Below, one piece after another: positions 37,029-47,158 of a stretch of DNA of 64,000 nt; within the stretch, counting starts at the first letter, position 1; each line of letters starts with the position of its first letter. The notes beneath the pieces are model-generated. The model made no database searches and was not told where the DNA came from. It saw only the letters and a list, made by a program, of their open reading frames with translations. Origin of the DNA: an uncultured Thermoanaerobaculia bacterium (lineage in GTDB: Bacteria > Acidobacteriota > Thermoanaerobaculia > Multivoradales > JAGPDF01); NCBI GenBank assembly GCA_964618415.1, contig CAZUAT010000001.1:63957-127956 (forward strand). Direction: 5' to 3'. Position numbers and translations under genes: made by a program.

Positions 37029-37646
37029 TCAGTGAGCGGGAGCCGGCGGTTCGACCGCGGGCACCGGTGCATCGAGCCGCATGCGCTCGTCGGCAGAGAG
37101 CGACGCGGCATCGAAATGCTGAGATAGCTGGAGCGTCCGCACGTACGCCGCGATCGCCCACCGGTCTGCCGGCGGCACCTGGGCGGCGTAGCTGGGCATC
37201 ACCCCGAACCCGTCCGTCATGACGCTGAAGAAGTAGCCCACCGGTGCCTCGCGCAGGCGATCGATGTGGAACGACGACGGCTGCTTGTAGCCACGCCTTA
37301 CGACCATCCCGTTTCCATCGCCGAGCGCGCCGTGGCACGGCGAGCAGAAGATGCCGAACCGCTCGCGCCCGCGCGTCAGCAGTTCACGGGTGACCGGCAT
37401 CGGAACTGTCGCCAGTGGGAGGCCGTCCGCCGAAAGGCCGGTCCAGAACTGCTTGTCCTCGCGCAGGTCACCACGCGAGACCGTGCCGGCGGGGATCGGC
37501 CGGGCGCCCTGTCCGTCCGCGAAGAACGTGCTGGCGGCCAGCGGTTTGATGCGCGGCTGGTCGTGCATGTCCTGACGGCAGCCGACAACGAGGAGAGCCG
37601 CGAGTGCCAGGATGCCGCGCGCGGAACGAGCGATCTCAGGGCTCAA
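37029..37646 (-). CDS. actE: Alternative Complex III subunit ActE (monoheme cytochrome c lipoprotein)
   Basis: Lipobox LLVVGC. Single heme site CSPCH. Confidence 0.85.
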   Translation of the reverse strand: MSPEIARSARGILALAALLVVGCRQDMHDQPRIKPLAASTFFADGQGARPIPAGTVSRGDLREDKQFWTGLSADGLPLATVPMPVTRELLTRGRERFGIFCSPCHGALGDGNGMVVRRGYKQPSSFHIDRLREAPVGYFFSVMTDGFGVMPSYAAQVPPADRWAIAAYVRTLQLSQHFDAASLSADERMRLDAPVPAVEPPAPAH

Positions 37647-38190
37647 CTTCGTTCACCTCCACCGCTCCCGTGGCCACCAGGAAGTCGCGGGTGCGATCGC
37701 GGTCGAATCGGGCGTCCCGCGCCTCGATACAGAGAAAGTAGCCGTCGCGGCTCGCGCGGTCGCGGAAGCTGGCGACGTTGAAGACCGGATGGTAGGGCTC
37801 CGGCAGTCGGTTGAGCGCGATCATGCCCAGCCCGGCCGAAAAGGCGGCGAACAGAATCGTGCACTCGAAAATCACCGGGATGAAGGCCGGCCAGCTGTTG
37901 AACGGCTTGCCGCCGACGTTCATCGGATAGTCGATGACCGAGGTCCAGTAGGCGAGCGCGAAGCCGCCCAGCGCGCCGATTACGCCACCGATCAGGCAGA
38001 TCAACGGAACCTTGGAGGGCTTGTGGTCGCTGACGACCTCGGCGATCGCCTCGACCGGGAAGGGTGTGTACGCATCCATCGCGCGAAAGCCGTCGGCGTG
38101 GGCGCGCTCGGCGGCTGCGAGCAGATCCTGCGCGGAGCGATACTCGGCCAACAGGCCGTGCAGTTGCGGGGATGTGGTCTCGGCGTTCAT
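37636..38190 (-). CDS. actD: Alternative Complex III subunit ActD (DUF3341)
   Basis: 184 aa. LLAEYRSAQDLLAAAERAHADGFRAMDAYTPFPVE followed by two TM helices. Confidence 0.85.
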   Translation of the reverse strand: MNAETTSPQLHGLLAEYRSAQDLLAAAERAHADGFRAMDAYTPFPVEAIAEVVSDHKPSKVPLICLIGGVIGALGGFALAYWTSVIDYPMNVGGKPFNSWPAFIPVIFECTILFAAFSAGLGMIALNRLPEPYHPVFNVASFRDRASRDGYFLCIEARDARFDRDRTRDFLVATGAVEVNEVEP

Positions 38191-38191
38191 T

Positions 38192-39582
<1,391 letters not shown>

Positions 39583-39586
<4 letters not shown>

Positions 39587-42500
39587 CCGACGAGCTCCGG
39601 ATTCGGGTTCCTGACGATTGCCAGGTAAGTGGTGCGCGGGCGCGTACCCAGCTCCTCGAGCAGGCCGTAGTTGCGCGGGTCCTTCTTGCGGGCCACGACG
39701 CGCGACGATGCGTCGTTGAGATCGCCGAAGGTGATGGCGTGCGTCGGGCAGGCCTGCTCGCAGGCGGTTCGGATCTCGCCGTCCTGGATCCGCCGGCCGT
39801 CCTTCTCCGCTGCGATTCGCGCCCGGTTGATGCGCTGAACGCAGTAGGTGCACTTCTCCATCACACCGCGGCTGCGCACCGAGACATCGGGGTTGCGCTG
39901 CAGCGCGAACTGCGGGGTGTCCCAGTCCTGATAGAGCAGAAAGTTGAAGCGGCGCACCTTGTAGGGGCAGTTGTTCGAGCAGTACCGGGTGCCGACGCAC
40001 CGGTTGTAGACCATGTCGTTGAGGCCTTCGCTGGAGTGCACGGTCGCGGCAACCGGACAGACCGTCTCGCAGGGTGCCTGCTCGCACTGCATGCACAGCA
40101 AGGGCTGGCTGACGATCGCCTCCGGATCGTCCAGCCCGCCCTTGAAGTAGCGGTCGATGCGGATCCAGTGCATCTCGCGGCCGCTGCGCACCTGGTCCTT
40201 ACCGACGACTGGAATGTTGTTCTCGGCCTGGCAGGCGGTCACGCAGGCGTTGCAGCCGGTGCAGGTGCCAAGGTCGATGGTCATCCCCCAGGCGTAGCCC
40301 TTGTACTCGTGCCCGGGCGCGAACGACTGCGATACGTCGAGCCCCTCGTGCTCGTAGTCCGCCGCGAAGCTCGGGTTGGTCCGGTACTCCTCGAGCGTCG
40401 TCTCGCGGACCAGATGACGCCGCTCGGCCTCGACCGACTCCTCGGCCAGCCAGCCATCGATCGCGTAGTGCCCCTGCGTGCAGGCCAGGCGCTGGCGGCC
40501 ACGACCGGCCGCGAGCTCCACGCCGGCCAGGTTCCAGCGCGCGGCCACGGTCGATAGAGCGCAGGCATCGACGCCGATCCCGTCGGCCACCCGCCCGGCG
40601 CGCCGTCGCCCATAGCCCAGATGCAGCGTCGCGACGCCGTCCGGCTGCCCGGGCAGAACCCAGGCTGGCGCGCTGACCTGCCGCTCGCCGGCGCGGACCT
40701 CGACCAGCTGCTCGTTGTCGACGCCCAGCTCCTGCGCGGTGCGCGGCGAGAGCAGCAGGACGTTGTCCCAGGTCAGCTTGGTGATCGGCTTGGGCAGCTC
40801 CTGGAGCCAGCCGTTGTTGGCGAACCGGCCATCGAGCACCGACGGATCGGGGCGCAGTGCGAGTTCGTACCCGGTCGCCGGAGCCATGGCCGCGAGCGCA
40901 GCAGCCGCCGCAGCGGCTCCGGCGGACGGATCGACAACGAGCGGCGCCGGAGCCGAGTCGGGCACGAAGCCATCGTGCAGCGCGCGACGGAAGTCGTCGT
41001 CCGACAGGTCGGACCAGCGTCCGCGCACCAGGTCGCGGCCGGCAGTCACGGCGCTGTTGGTCGCCGCAGCGATCGTTTCCGCGAGCGTGTGGCCGCCGTA
41101 GAGCGGCTCGATCAGCGGCTGGATCAGGCAGACGCTGCCGTCGGCCGCCCGCGCGTCGCCCCAGGACTCCAGGAAATGCGCCGCCGGCGCGTGCCACTGA
41201 CACAGCTCCGCCGTCTCGTCGGCGTAGAGGCCGAGGTGGAATCGCTCCACTCCCGGGTTGTTCAGCGCGGAAGCGAAATCGAGGTCGGCCGGCGCGTCGT
41301 AGACCGGGTTGACGCCGGCCACGAGCAGCACCTGGACCCGGCCGGCCCGCAGATCGGCAGCCAGCTCAGCCAGCGAGGCCAGCGAGTCGACCGGATCGAC
41401 CTCCGCGGGCTCGCTGTACAGGATCGTCTCGCCGGCCGCGCCCAGAGTCGCGTTGATCGCGTGCACCAGCGCGTGCGCCTCAGCCGGCAGCGGCTCGCCG
41501 GCAACGACCAGCGCGCGTCCGCGATTGGCGACCAGATCGCGCGCAACCGCGGCGGCGAACTTGGACAGGTCGCCGTCGAGGCCCGCAGGAAGCGCCACCC
41601 CGGGCACCCCGACCTGGGCGGCCAGCGCCAGCACCAGCTGCGGGAAGGCGCTGGGACGGACGGCCAGGCGATTGTCGGCGAGCGTGCCGGTCGGCGACGG
41701 GCTGGACTCGGCCACGTAGAGACGGTTCATCGCCGGAGCGTCGGCGGCCAGGCGCCGCCGCGCCGCGAAGTCGCTGGCGTGCCGCACCGCGCCGGGGCCG
41801 GAGACGAGCAGATCCGAGTCCAGGGCCACGATGACATCGGCCTTGGAGAGGTCGTAGCGCCAGCCTGCCGGGCGGCCGAACGCGAGCTCGGCGCCGCGCC
41901 GCGCGGTGTCGCCGCCCAGGGCGTCCCAGCGATGCCAGCGCGCCTCCGGGAAAGCCGTCTGCACGGCATCGAGCAGCGCCGCTTCGGTCGGACTGGTCAC
42001 CGGCCCGGTGAGCAGCCGCAGCCCCGCTCCGCCACCGGCCTGGTTGGCGAGAGCGGCGCTCAGAGCCTCCACGTAGGCAGGCCAGGTCGAGATCCGTCCG
42101 AGGTGCGTGACTGCCTGCGAGCGGTCCGGGTCGTACAGCCCGAGCACGGCGGCCTGAGTCACCGCGGTGCTGGCTCCGCCACTTGCCGGATGCTCCGGAT
42201 TGCCCTCCAGCTTGGTCGGGCGACCCTCGTGACTCTCGGCGAGCAGCGGGAGCGCCCAGCCGCCCAGCTCCATCGCGGTGGCGAAGTAGAGCGGACGACC
42301 CGGCAGGATCTGCTCCGGCTGGCGGACGTAGGGAACGATCTGCTCGATCGGCTGGCGCGTGCAGGCGGTCAGCCCGGCCAGGCCGAGCGATGCTGCCGCC
42401 AGCTGCAGGAAGTTGCGCCGCGACACGTCGCTCGGCCACTCGGATGCGAACCGCGGGAACTCGCGATGCACCATCTGCTCGAACTCGGGCGTTCCTGCGA

Positions 42501-42672
42501 CCTCCTCGAGGCTGCGCCAGTAGCGCGGCCCGCGCGCCGCCGCCAGGCGCTCTCGCACCGTGTCGAGATCCGCCGCGACCGGCTCGGCGTCGGCGCGCTT
42601 CCACTCGGTGTGGCAGTCGCCGTCGCTGCCGAGCACGGGGAGGCGGGAGAGTTTGGAATCGACGTCGGTCAT
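39583..42672 (-). CDS. actB: Alternative Complex III subunit ActB (fused molybdopterin-oxidoreductase-like + 4Fe-4S NrfC-like)
   Basis: 1029 aa. Tat signal [18 protein letters not shown]-terminal Fe-S clusters ([37 protein letters not shown]). Confidence 0.92.
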
Positions 42673-42679
42673 TGCGGCC

Positions 42680-43330
42680 TCAGCGATGGCAGGTCGAGCA
42701 ACTGGTCTTCGATTGCACGTTGTAGAGCCCCGCCAGGCGCACCTGTTCCGCCTCGAAGCCCTCGGGCGGCGCCCAGGCCATGTTGGTGACCTCCTCGCGC
42801 GGACGGATGTTCGGAACCGGGTCCTTGTGGCAGTCGAGGCACCACCGCATTTCGAGCGTGGCGTGCTGGTACATCAGCGGCATGCGATCGACCTGACCGT
42901 GGCAGGTGACGCAGGCCACGCCCTTGGCGACGTGAATGGAGTGATTGAAGTAGGTGAACTCGGGCAGGTCGTGCACCCGGTTCCAGCGCAGTGGCGTGCC
43001 GTCGCGCCAGCTCGCCCGCACCGGCTCGAGGATCTCGGCGTTGGTCCACAGCTGGTTGTGGCAGTTCATGCAGGTCGCCGTCGGAGGGATGCCCGCCGCC
43101 GCCGTCGTCTCCACGCCGGTGTGGCAGTAGCGACAGTCGATTCCGATCTGGCCGACGTGGTGGTCGTGGCTGAATGGCACCGGCTGTTCGACGACCAACC
43201 CCTGGCGGTTGACGTATCCCGACCTGGCGAGCGAGAACACCGTGGCCCCGCCCCCTGCCAGCAGGCAGAGGACCACGACCACGCTGCCGCGCGCGAGGGC
43301 ATTGGCACTGCGGGGAAATAACTGAGCCAT
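42680..43330 (-). CDS. actA: Alternative Complex III subunit ActA (pentaheme cytochrome c)
   Basis: ATG 43330. TM anchor. Five CxxCH sites (CRYCH, CMNCH, CVTCH, CLDCH, CSTCH). The track start 43396 is a TTG extension. Confidence 0.9.
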   Translation of the reverse strand: MAQLFPRSANALARGSVVVVLCLLAGGGATVFSLARSGYVNRQGLVVEQPVPFSHDHHVGQIGIDCRYCHTGVETTAAAGIPPTATCMNCHNQLWTNAEILEPVRASWRDGTPLRWNRVHDLPEFTYFNHSIHVAKGVACVTCHGQVDRMPLMYQHATLEMRWCLDCHKDPVPNIRPREEVTNMAWAPPEGFEAEQVRLAGLYNVQSKTSCSTCHR

Positions 43331-43403
43331 AGTCGGTTTCAGCCTGTCTGTAAGCGACGTTGAGGCACGATACCGAACTGCCTCGACGGCGCGCAAGCGA
43401 ATT

Positions 43404-43419
43404 TGTGAAAGTTTTCACG
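43404..43419. promoter_or_regulatory. CRP/FNR-family-like palindrome TGTGA-N6-TCACG upstream of actA
   Basis: TGTGA (43404-08), AAGTTT, TCACG (43415-19). Sits 74-89 nt upstream of the actA ATG in an AT-richer patch. A weak TTGCGC-N18-TATCGT lies downstream on the minus strand. Confidence 0.4.
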
Positions 43420-43523
43420 AACCGGGAGGCAACGTCAAGTCAACGAAGACTGCGCACACACAACGGCCGCCCGGCTCGCGTCTCGGCTAGGATCGCCCGT
43501 CGCCGACAAGCGGGAGAGCGCGC

Positions 43524-44270
43524 ATGAAGAAGCATCTCGAAAGAGTCGCCAGCCCGCAGCTCGGGCGGGCCGTCAGTCTCTGGTCCTACGGCCACTGGGG
43601 TCAGCCGCTGCTGGTCTTTCCCACCGCCGCTGGCTTCGCGCACGAATGGGAGGCGCAGGGCATGGTGGAAGCGCTGGCGCCGCTGCTCGAAGCGGGGCGG
43701 CTCAAGCTCTACTGCCCGGAGTCCAACGTCGCCGAGGCCTGGACCCGCAAGGAGGGCGACGCGGCCGGCCGGATCCAGCGCCACGTCGCCTACGAGCGGT
43801 GGGTCGTCGAGACGCTGGTCCCGAAGATTCGCGAGGACTGCCAGTCGTCCGCGCTGCCACTCGCCGTGGCCGGCGCTTCACTGGGCGCCTTCTACGCCGC
43901 CAACTTCGCCCTGAAGTACCCGGAGATCTTCCGCTGGGCGCTGTGCATGAGCGGGCGCTACGCGATGACGCACTTCACCGATGGCTTCTCCAACGGCGAC
44001 GTTTACTTCAACAACCCGCTGGCGTACGTCTCCAATCTCGCGGGCGAGCCCCTGGAGCGGATCCGCCGCCACACCCACCTGGTCCTGGTCTGCGGGCAGG
44101 GCAAGTGGGAAGAAGGGTGCATCGAGGAGACCCGGGCCCTCGGCGCCCTGTGCGCGGCGCGCCAGATTCCGCACGAGCTCGACATCTGGGGTGCCGACGT
44201 CTCCCACGACTGGGACTGGTGGGCCCGCCAGGCCCGCTACCACCTGACCCGCCGCTTCGGGCGCGGCTGA
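43524..44270 (+). CDS. Esterase-family alpha/beta hydrolase
   Basis: 248 aa. GGGAGAG upstream of the ATG. Nucleophile elbow AGASLGA. Putative-esterase-like layout. Confidence 0.75.
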   Translation: MKKHLERVASPQLGRAVSLWSYGHWGQPLLVFPTAAGFAHEWEAQGMVEALAPLLEAGRLKLYCPESNVAEAWTRKEGDAAGRIQRHVAYERWVVETLVPKIREDCQSSALPLAVAGASLGAFYAANFALKYPEIFRWALCMSGRYAMTHFTDGFSNGDVYFNNPLAYVSNLAGEPLERIRRHTHLVLVCGQGKWEEGCIEETRALGALCAARQIPHELDIWGADVSHDWDWWARQARYHLTRRFGRG

Positions 44271-44283
44271 CCGGCAAGCAGGC

Positions 44284-45225
44284 TCAGCGCAGGCGGCGGC
44301 TCAACGCCAGGCGCAGATGCACCAGCGACTCGTCGCTGCGAGCGCGGCCCGGCCGTTCGATCGAAAGCGGCACCCAGGCGAGATCGCCGGCCAGACTCCA
44401 GCCAGCAGGCCAGCGGCGCATCAGACCGGCGCGCACCGCCCATTCGGTCCCCGCGTACTCGAGCCGGACCCGGTCCCGGATTCCGGCGTAGAGCGCATCG
44501 ACCTGAAAGGCGCTATCCAGGCGACGCACCGCCACCGTCGCGGTCCACTCGAGCGGGTGCCCCACGCGCGGCGCCCAGGCGGTCCCGACCTCGGCGCTGA
44601 CAGTCGTCAGCTCCAGCCGGTCGCTGGAGGCGCGCTCGCAATCCATCGGGTTGGTGACCGGGTCCGGACGGCCGGCGATATCGCCCGGGCAGGTGAAATC
44701 TCCGTCCACGTGCCCGCGCTGGACGCCGATCCGCCAGCCGTGCCGCCAGTGACCCTGTTCCCGCAGTGCCCCGGCCAGCGCCAGCGAGGGCAGATCGGCC
44801 CGCACGCTGTCCACCTCCACCGGCGGCAGCCAGTCGACCTCGAGCGCCAGCCGAGCCGGCAGGCCGATCCGGATCCACGGGCGGGCGTAGGCGCCGACGC
44901 GGTCGATCTCCTCGACCTTGGTGCCATCGAACCCCACCCGCCGGTCGGCCGCCGACAACTTTGGCAGCCAGCCGGCATCGACGCCCAGCTCCAAGGCGCC
45001 CGGGGTCAGCTCGCTCGGCGGCCCGAATCCGCCCGGGGCGAGCGCCCCCGCAAACCAGCGCATCGCCCAGGCCTCGGGCCGCTCGCGATCCAACCGCTCG
45101 ACGCCGTCGAGCTGGAGCTGTCCGGCGACCGGGGCCGCAGTCAGCGTCGCGAGCGCCCAGACGACGACCGTCGCGGCCACGGTCGGCCGGCCAGACCAGC
45201 CGCGAAAGGTCGCCGGACGCGCCAT
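44284..45225 (-). CDS. Hypothetical exported beta-rich protein (possible outer-membrane protein)
   Basis: 313 aa. Signal peptide VAATVVVWALATLTAAPVAG. Alternating beta-strand-like pattern. ATG overlaps the cupredoxin stop (TGATG). No family recognised. Confidence 0.6.
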   Translation of the reverse strand: MARPATFRGWSGRPTVAATVVVWALATLTAAPVAGQLQLDGVERLDRERPEAWAMRWFAGALAPGGFGPPSELTPGALELGVDAGWLPKLSAADRRVGFDGTKVEEIDRVGAYARPWIRIGLPARLALEVDWLPPVEVDSVRADLPSLALAGALREQGHWRHGWRIGVQRGHVDGDFTCPGDIAGRPDPVTNPMDCERASSDRLELTTVSAEVGTAWAPRVGHPLEWTATVAVRRLDSAFQVDALYAGIRDRVRLEYAGTEWAVRAGLMRRWPAGWSLAGDLAWVPLSIERPGRARSDESLVHLRLALSRRLR

Positions 45226-45776
45226 CAGTAGCCTGGCGGCGCCGGCGGCGCCGATTCGCCGACCCGGACCGACCCCTGCATCTGGCAGCAGCCCTGGTGG
45301 GAGCTGCAGCGGTACTGGAACAACGTCCCCTCCTCGTCGGCCGGGAACACGCGCTCGAACGCGTCCCCCGCCTGACGGAAGGCGAAGCCGCTGTCGAACG
45401 CTCCGCCTTCGTCCGTGACGGTATGGCCGGGCTCTCGGCCGGTAAACACCCAGCGCACGGTCTGCCCTGGCTGGACCACGATCGAGCGGGGACTGAAGAA
45501 GCTGTCATCGACCTCTACGGTGACCACGTCGGCTGGCGGCGGGGGTGGCGGCGGGGGCGGCGGGGGGGTCGTCGGCGTGCTCCCTCCGCCGCCTCCTCCG
45601 CCGCCGCAGGCGGCAAACGACAGCGCCGCAGCGAACGCCAGGGCGGCCAGGAGGCCGGGCAGGGCGGCCGCAAGCCGGTGCCACCAGCGTGGACCACCGG
45701 GACGGCGAACGAACGAGCGAACCCGGGCTTCCGGATTCAGGGCTTCGGGGTTCGGGCTTTCTGGGTTCGGAGACAC
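45225..45776 (-). CDS. Cupredoxin (plastocyanin/azurin-like) lipoprotein with poly-Gly/poly-Pro tether
   Basis: GTG 45776 with GGGAGG upstream. Lipobox LSFAAC. G8 then P12 linker. Type-1 Cu ligand pattern GHTVT...CSSHQGCCQM. Confidence 0.8.
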   Translation of the reverse strand: MSPNPESPNPEALNPEARVRSFVRRPGGPRWWHRLAAALPGLLAALAFAAALSFAACGGGGGGGGSTPTTPPPPPPPPPPPADVVTVEVDDSFFSPRSIVVQPGQTVRWVFTGREPGHTVTDEGGAFDSGFAFRQAGDAFERVFPADEEGTLFQYRCSSHQGCCQMQGSVRVGESAPPAPPGY

Positions 45777-45826
45777 GCGCACCTCCCGGGTCTGGACTCC
45801 GGTCAGTCCGACCGCACCCCCCCGCG

Positions 45827-45841
45827 GTTCACCCGGTGAAC
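45827..45841. repeat. Perfect 15-bp palindrome GTTCACC-C-GGTGAAC in the divergent cupredoxin / ECF sigma intergenic region
   Basis: 7-bp arms around a single central base. Reads GGTGAAC outward on both strands. Confidence 0.7.
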
Positions 45842-45863
45842 GGATTGAACCTCGGGCCGCGTG
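45837..45863 (+). promoter_or_regulatory. ECF-type promoter-like motif TGAAC-N18-CGTG upstream of, and overlapping, the ECF sigma ORF start
   Basis: TGAAC (45837-41), an 18-nt spacer, CGTG (45860-63). If functional, the transcript would start after GTG 45861, which would favour GTG 45897 (GGAG at 45881) as the start codon. Confidence 0.35.
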
Positions 45864-46457
45864 CAGCGCACTCAGTGCCGGGAGATACTCGACACCGTGC
45901 CGCCCACCGACTCGGAGCTGCTGCGCCGGATCGCCTCCGGCGACACCGCCGCGTTCGAACAGCTGTACGCCGCCTATGCGTCGCGGCTGCTCGCCTTCGC
46001 GCTGCGCATCACGCGCTCGCCCGATCTGGTCGACGAAGTGGTCAACGACACTCTGGTGGCCGTCTGGCGCTCGGCGGGCCGCTTCGAAGAGCGCTCCGCG
46101 GCCTCCACCTGGATTTTCGGCATCGCCTATCGCAAGGCACTGCACGCTCTGGCGGCGCGCCGCCGTCACCCGACCGCAGCCGAAGCGCCGGACACCCGCC
46201 CGGACACCTCACCGGCGATCGACGTGCGTCTGGAGCGCCGCGAGTCCCTGGCCACGGTCGGGCGCGCACTCGGCGAACTGCCGGTCGACCAGCGGGCAGT
46301 GATCGAGCTCGCCTTCGTGCAGGGGCTGTCCTACGCCGAGGTCGCCGAGATCGTCGACTGCCCGGTCAACACGGTGAAGACCCGGATGTTCCATGCTCGG
46401 CGGAAGCTGCGCGCCGCTCTCGACCGCGCCGGCCTCGCCCGGCCACACTCGGCCTGA
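45861..46457 (+). CDS. ECF (sigma-70 family) RNA polymerase sigma factor
   Basis: ELLRRIASGDTAAFEQLYAAY. Region 2 DEVVNDTLVAVWR. Region 4 LSYAEVAEIVDCPVNTVKTRMFHARRKL. Alternative start GTG 45897. Confidence 0.9.
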   Translation: MQRTQCREILDTVPPTDSELLRRIASGDTAAFEQLYAAYASRLLAFALRITRSPDLVDEVVNDTLVAVWRSAGRFEERSAASTWIFGIAYRKALHALAARRRHPTAAEAPDTRPDTSPAIDVRLERRESLATVGRALGELPVDQRAVIELAFVQGLSYAEVAEIVDCPVNTVKTRMFHARRKLRAALDRAGLARPHSA

Positions 46458-46474
46458 CGGCCGCCGTGTCGACG

Positions 46475-47158
46475 ATGACGATGCCCCACCAGCGATGCCT
46501 CGAGCTGCTGCCCTGGCTGATCAACGGCTCCCTCGACCCGACCGAGGCGCGAGCCGTCGAGGACCACCTCGCGGACTGCCCGAGCTGCCGCGCCGAGTAC
46601 GAAGACTGCCAGGGCCTGGCGGAGCGGGTTGCCGCCGAGGCGTCCGGGGCGCCGGTCGTGCACCCGGCGCGTCTCGATCGCCTGCTGGCGCGCCTGGGCG
46701 CCGACGAAACCGAGCTGCCCCCCTATCGTCGGCGGCGACCCCGGCGCGAGGCGATCCGCACCGCTTTCCGGCGGACACCGATCTCCGTTCGCTGGCTGCT
46801 CGCCGGGCAGCTGGCCGCACTCGTGCTCGCGCTGGTCGCACTCGGGATCGGGCGCCCTGCCCCCTCGCCGCCCGCCGAATTCCGGACTCTGGCCACGACG
46901 TCGCAGAGCGGGTCGGGCGAGGGCCGCTACGTGCGGGTCGTGTTCGCGCCCGAGACGAGCGAGGCGGAGCTGCGCTCCCTGCTGGTCGGACTGCGTGCCG
47001 AGCTGGTGGGCGGCCCTTCCCCCGGCGGGGTCTACACCCTCGCGCTCCCGGCGGCGCCCCACGACGGCCCGCAGGACGCTGAGCTCGGCCTGCTGCGCGC
47101 CCACCCGCGGGTGCGCTTCGCCGAGGCCGGCGCCGCGATCGATGCCCGGCACGACTGA
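46475..47158 (+). CDS. Membrane-spanning zf-HC2 anti-sigma factor
   Basis: 227 aa. HLADCPSC (H-x3-C-x2-C). TM helix LLAGQLAALVLALVALGI. About 100-aa exported C-terminal domain. Alternative starts at 46466 and 46481. Confidence 0.85.
   Translation: MTMPHQRCLELLPWLINGSLDPTEARAVEDHLADCPSCRAEYEDCQGLAERVAAEASGAPVVHPARLDRLLARLGADETELPPYRRRRPRREAIRTAFRRTPISVRWLLAGQLAALVLALVALGIGRPAPSPPAEFRTLATTSQSGSGEGRYVRVVFAPETSEAELRSLLVGLRAELVGGPSPGGVYTLALPAAPHDGPQDAELGLLRAHPRVRFAEAGAAIDARHD

Noticed and set aside
43364-43381. GGCACG...TGC in the act/esterase intergenic region as a sigma-54 promoter.
   Set aside because: The spacing between GG and GC is 4 nt too long, and there is no TTGC.
45541-45575. G-runs (GGGGG..GGGGG..GGGGGGG) as a phase-variation tract or a regulatory G-quadruplex.
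   Set aside because: They are simply the complement of Pro (CCN) codons of the polyproline tether. The longest homopolymer is 7 nt, which is short for slipped-strand switching. G4 formation is possible, but there is no evidence of function.
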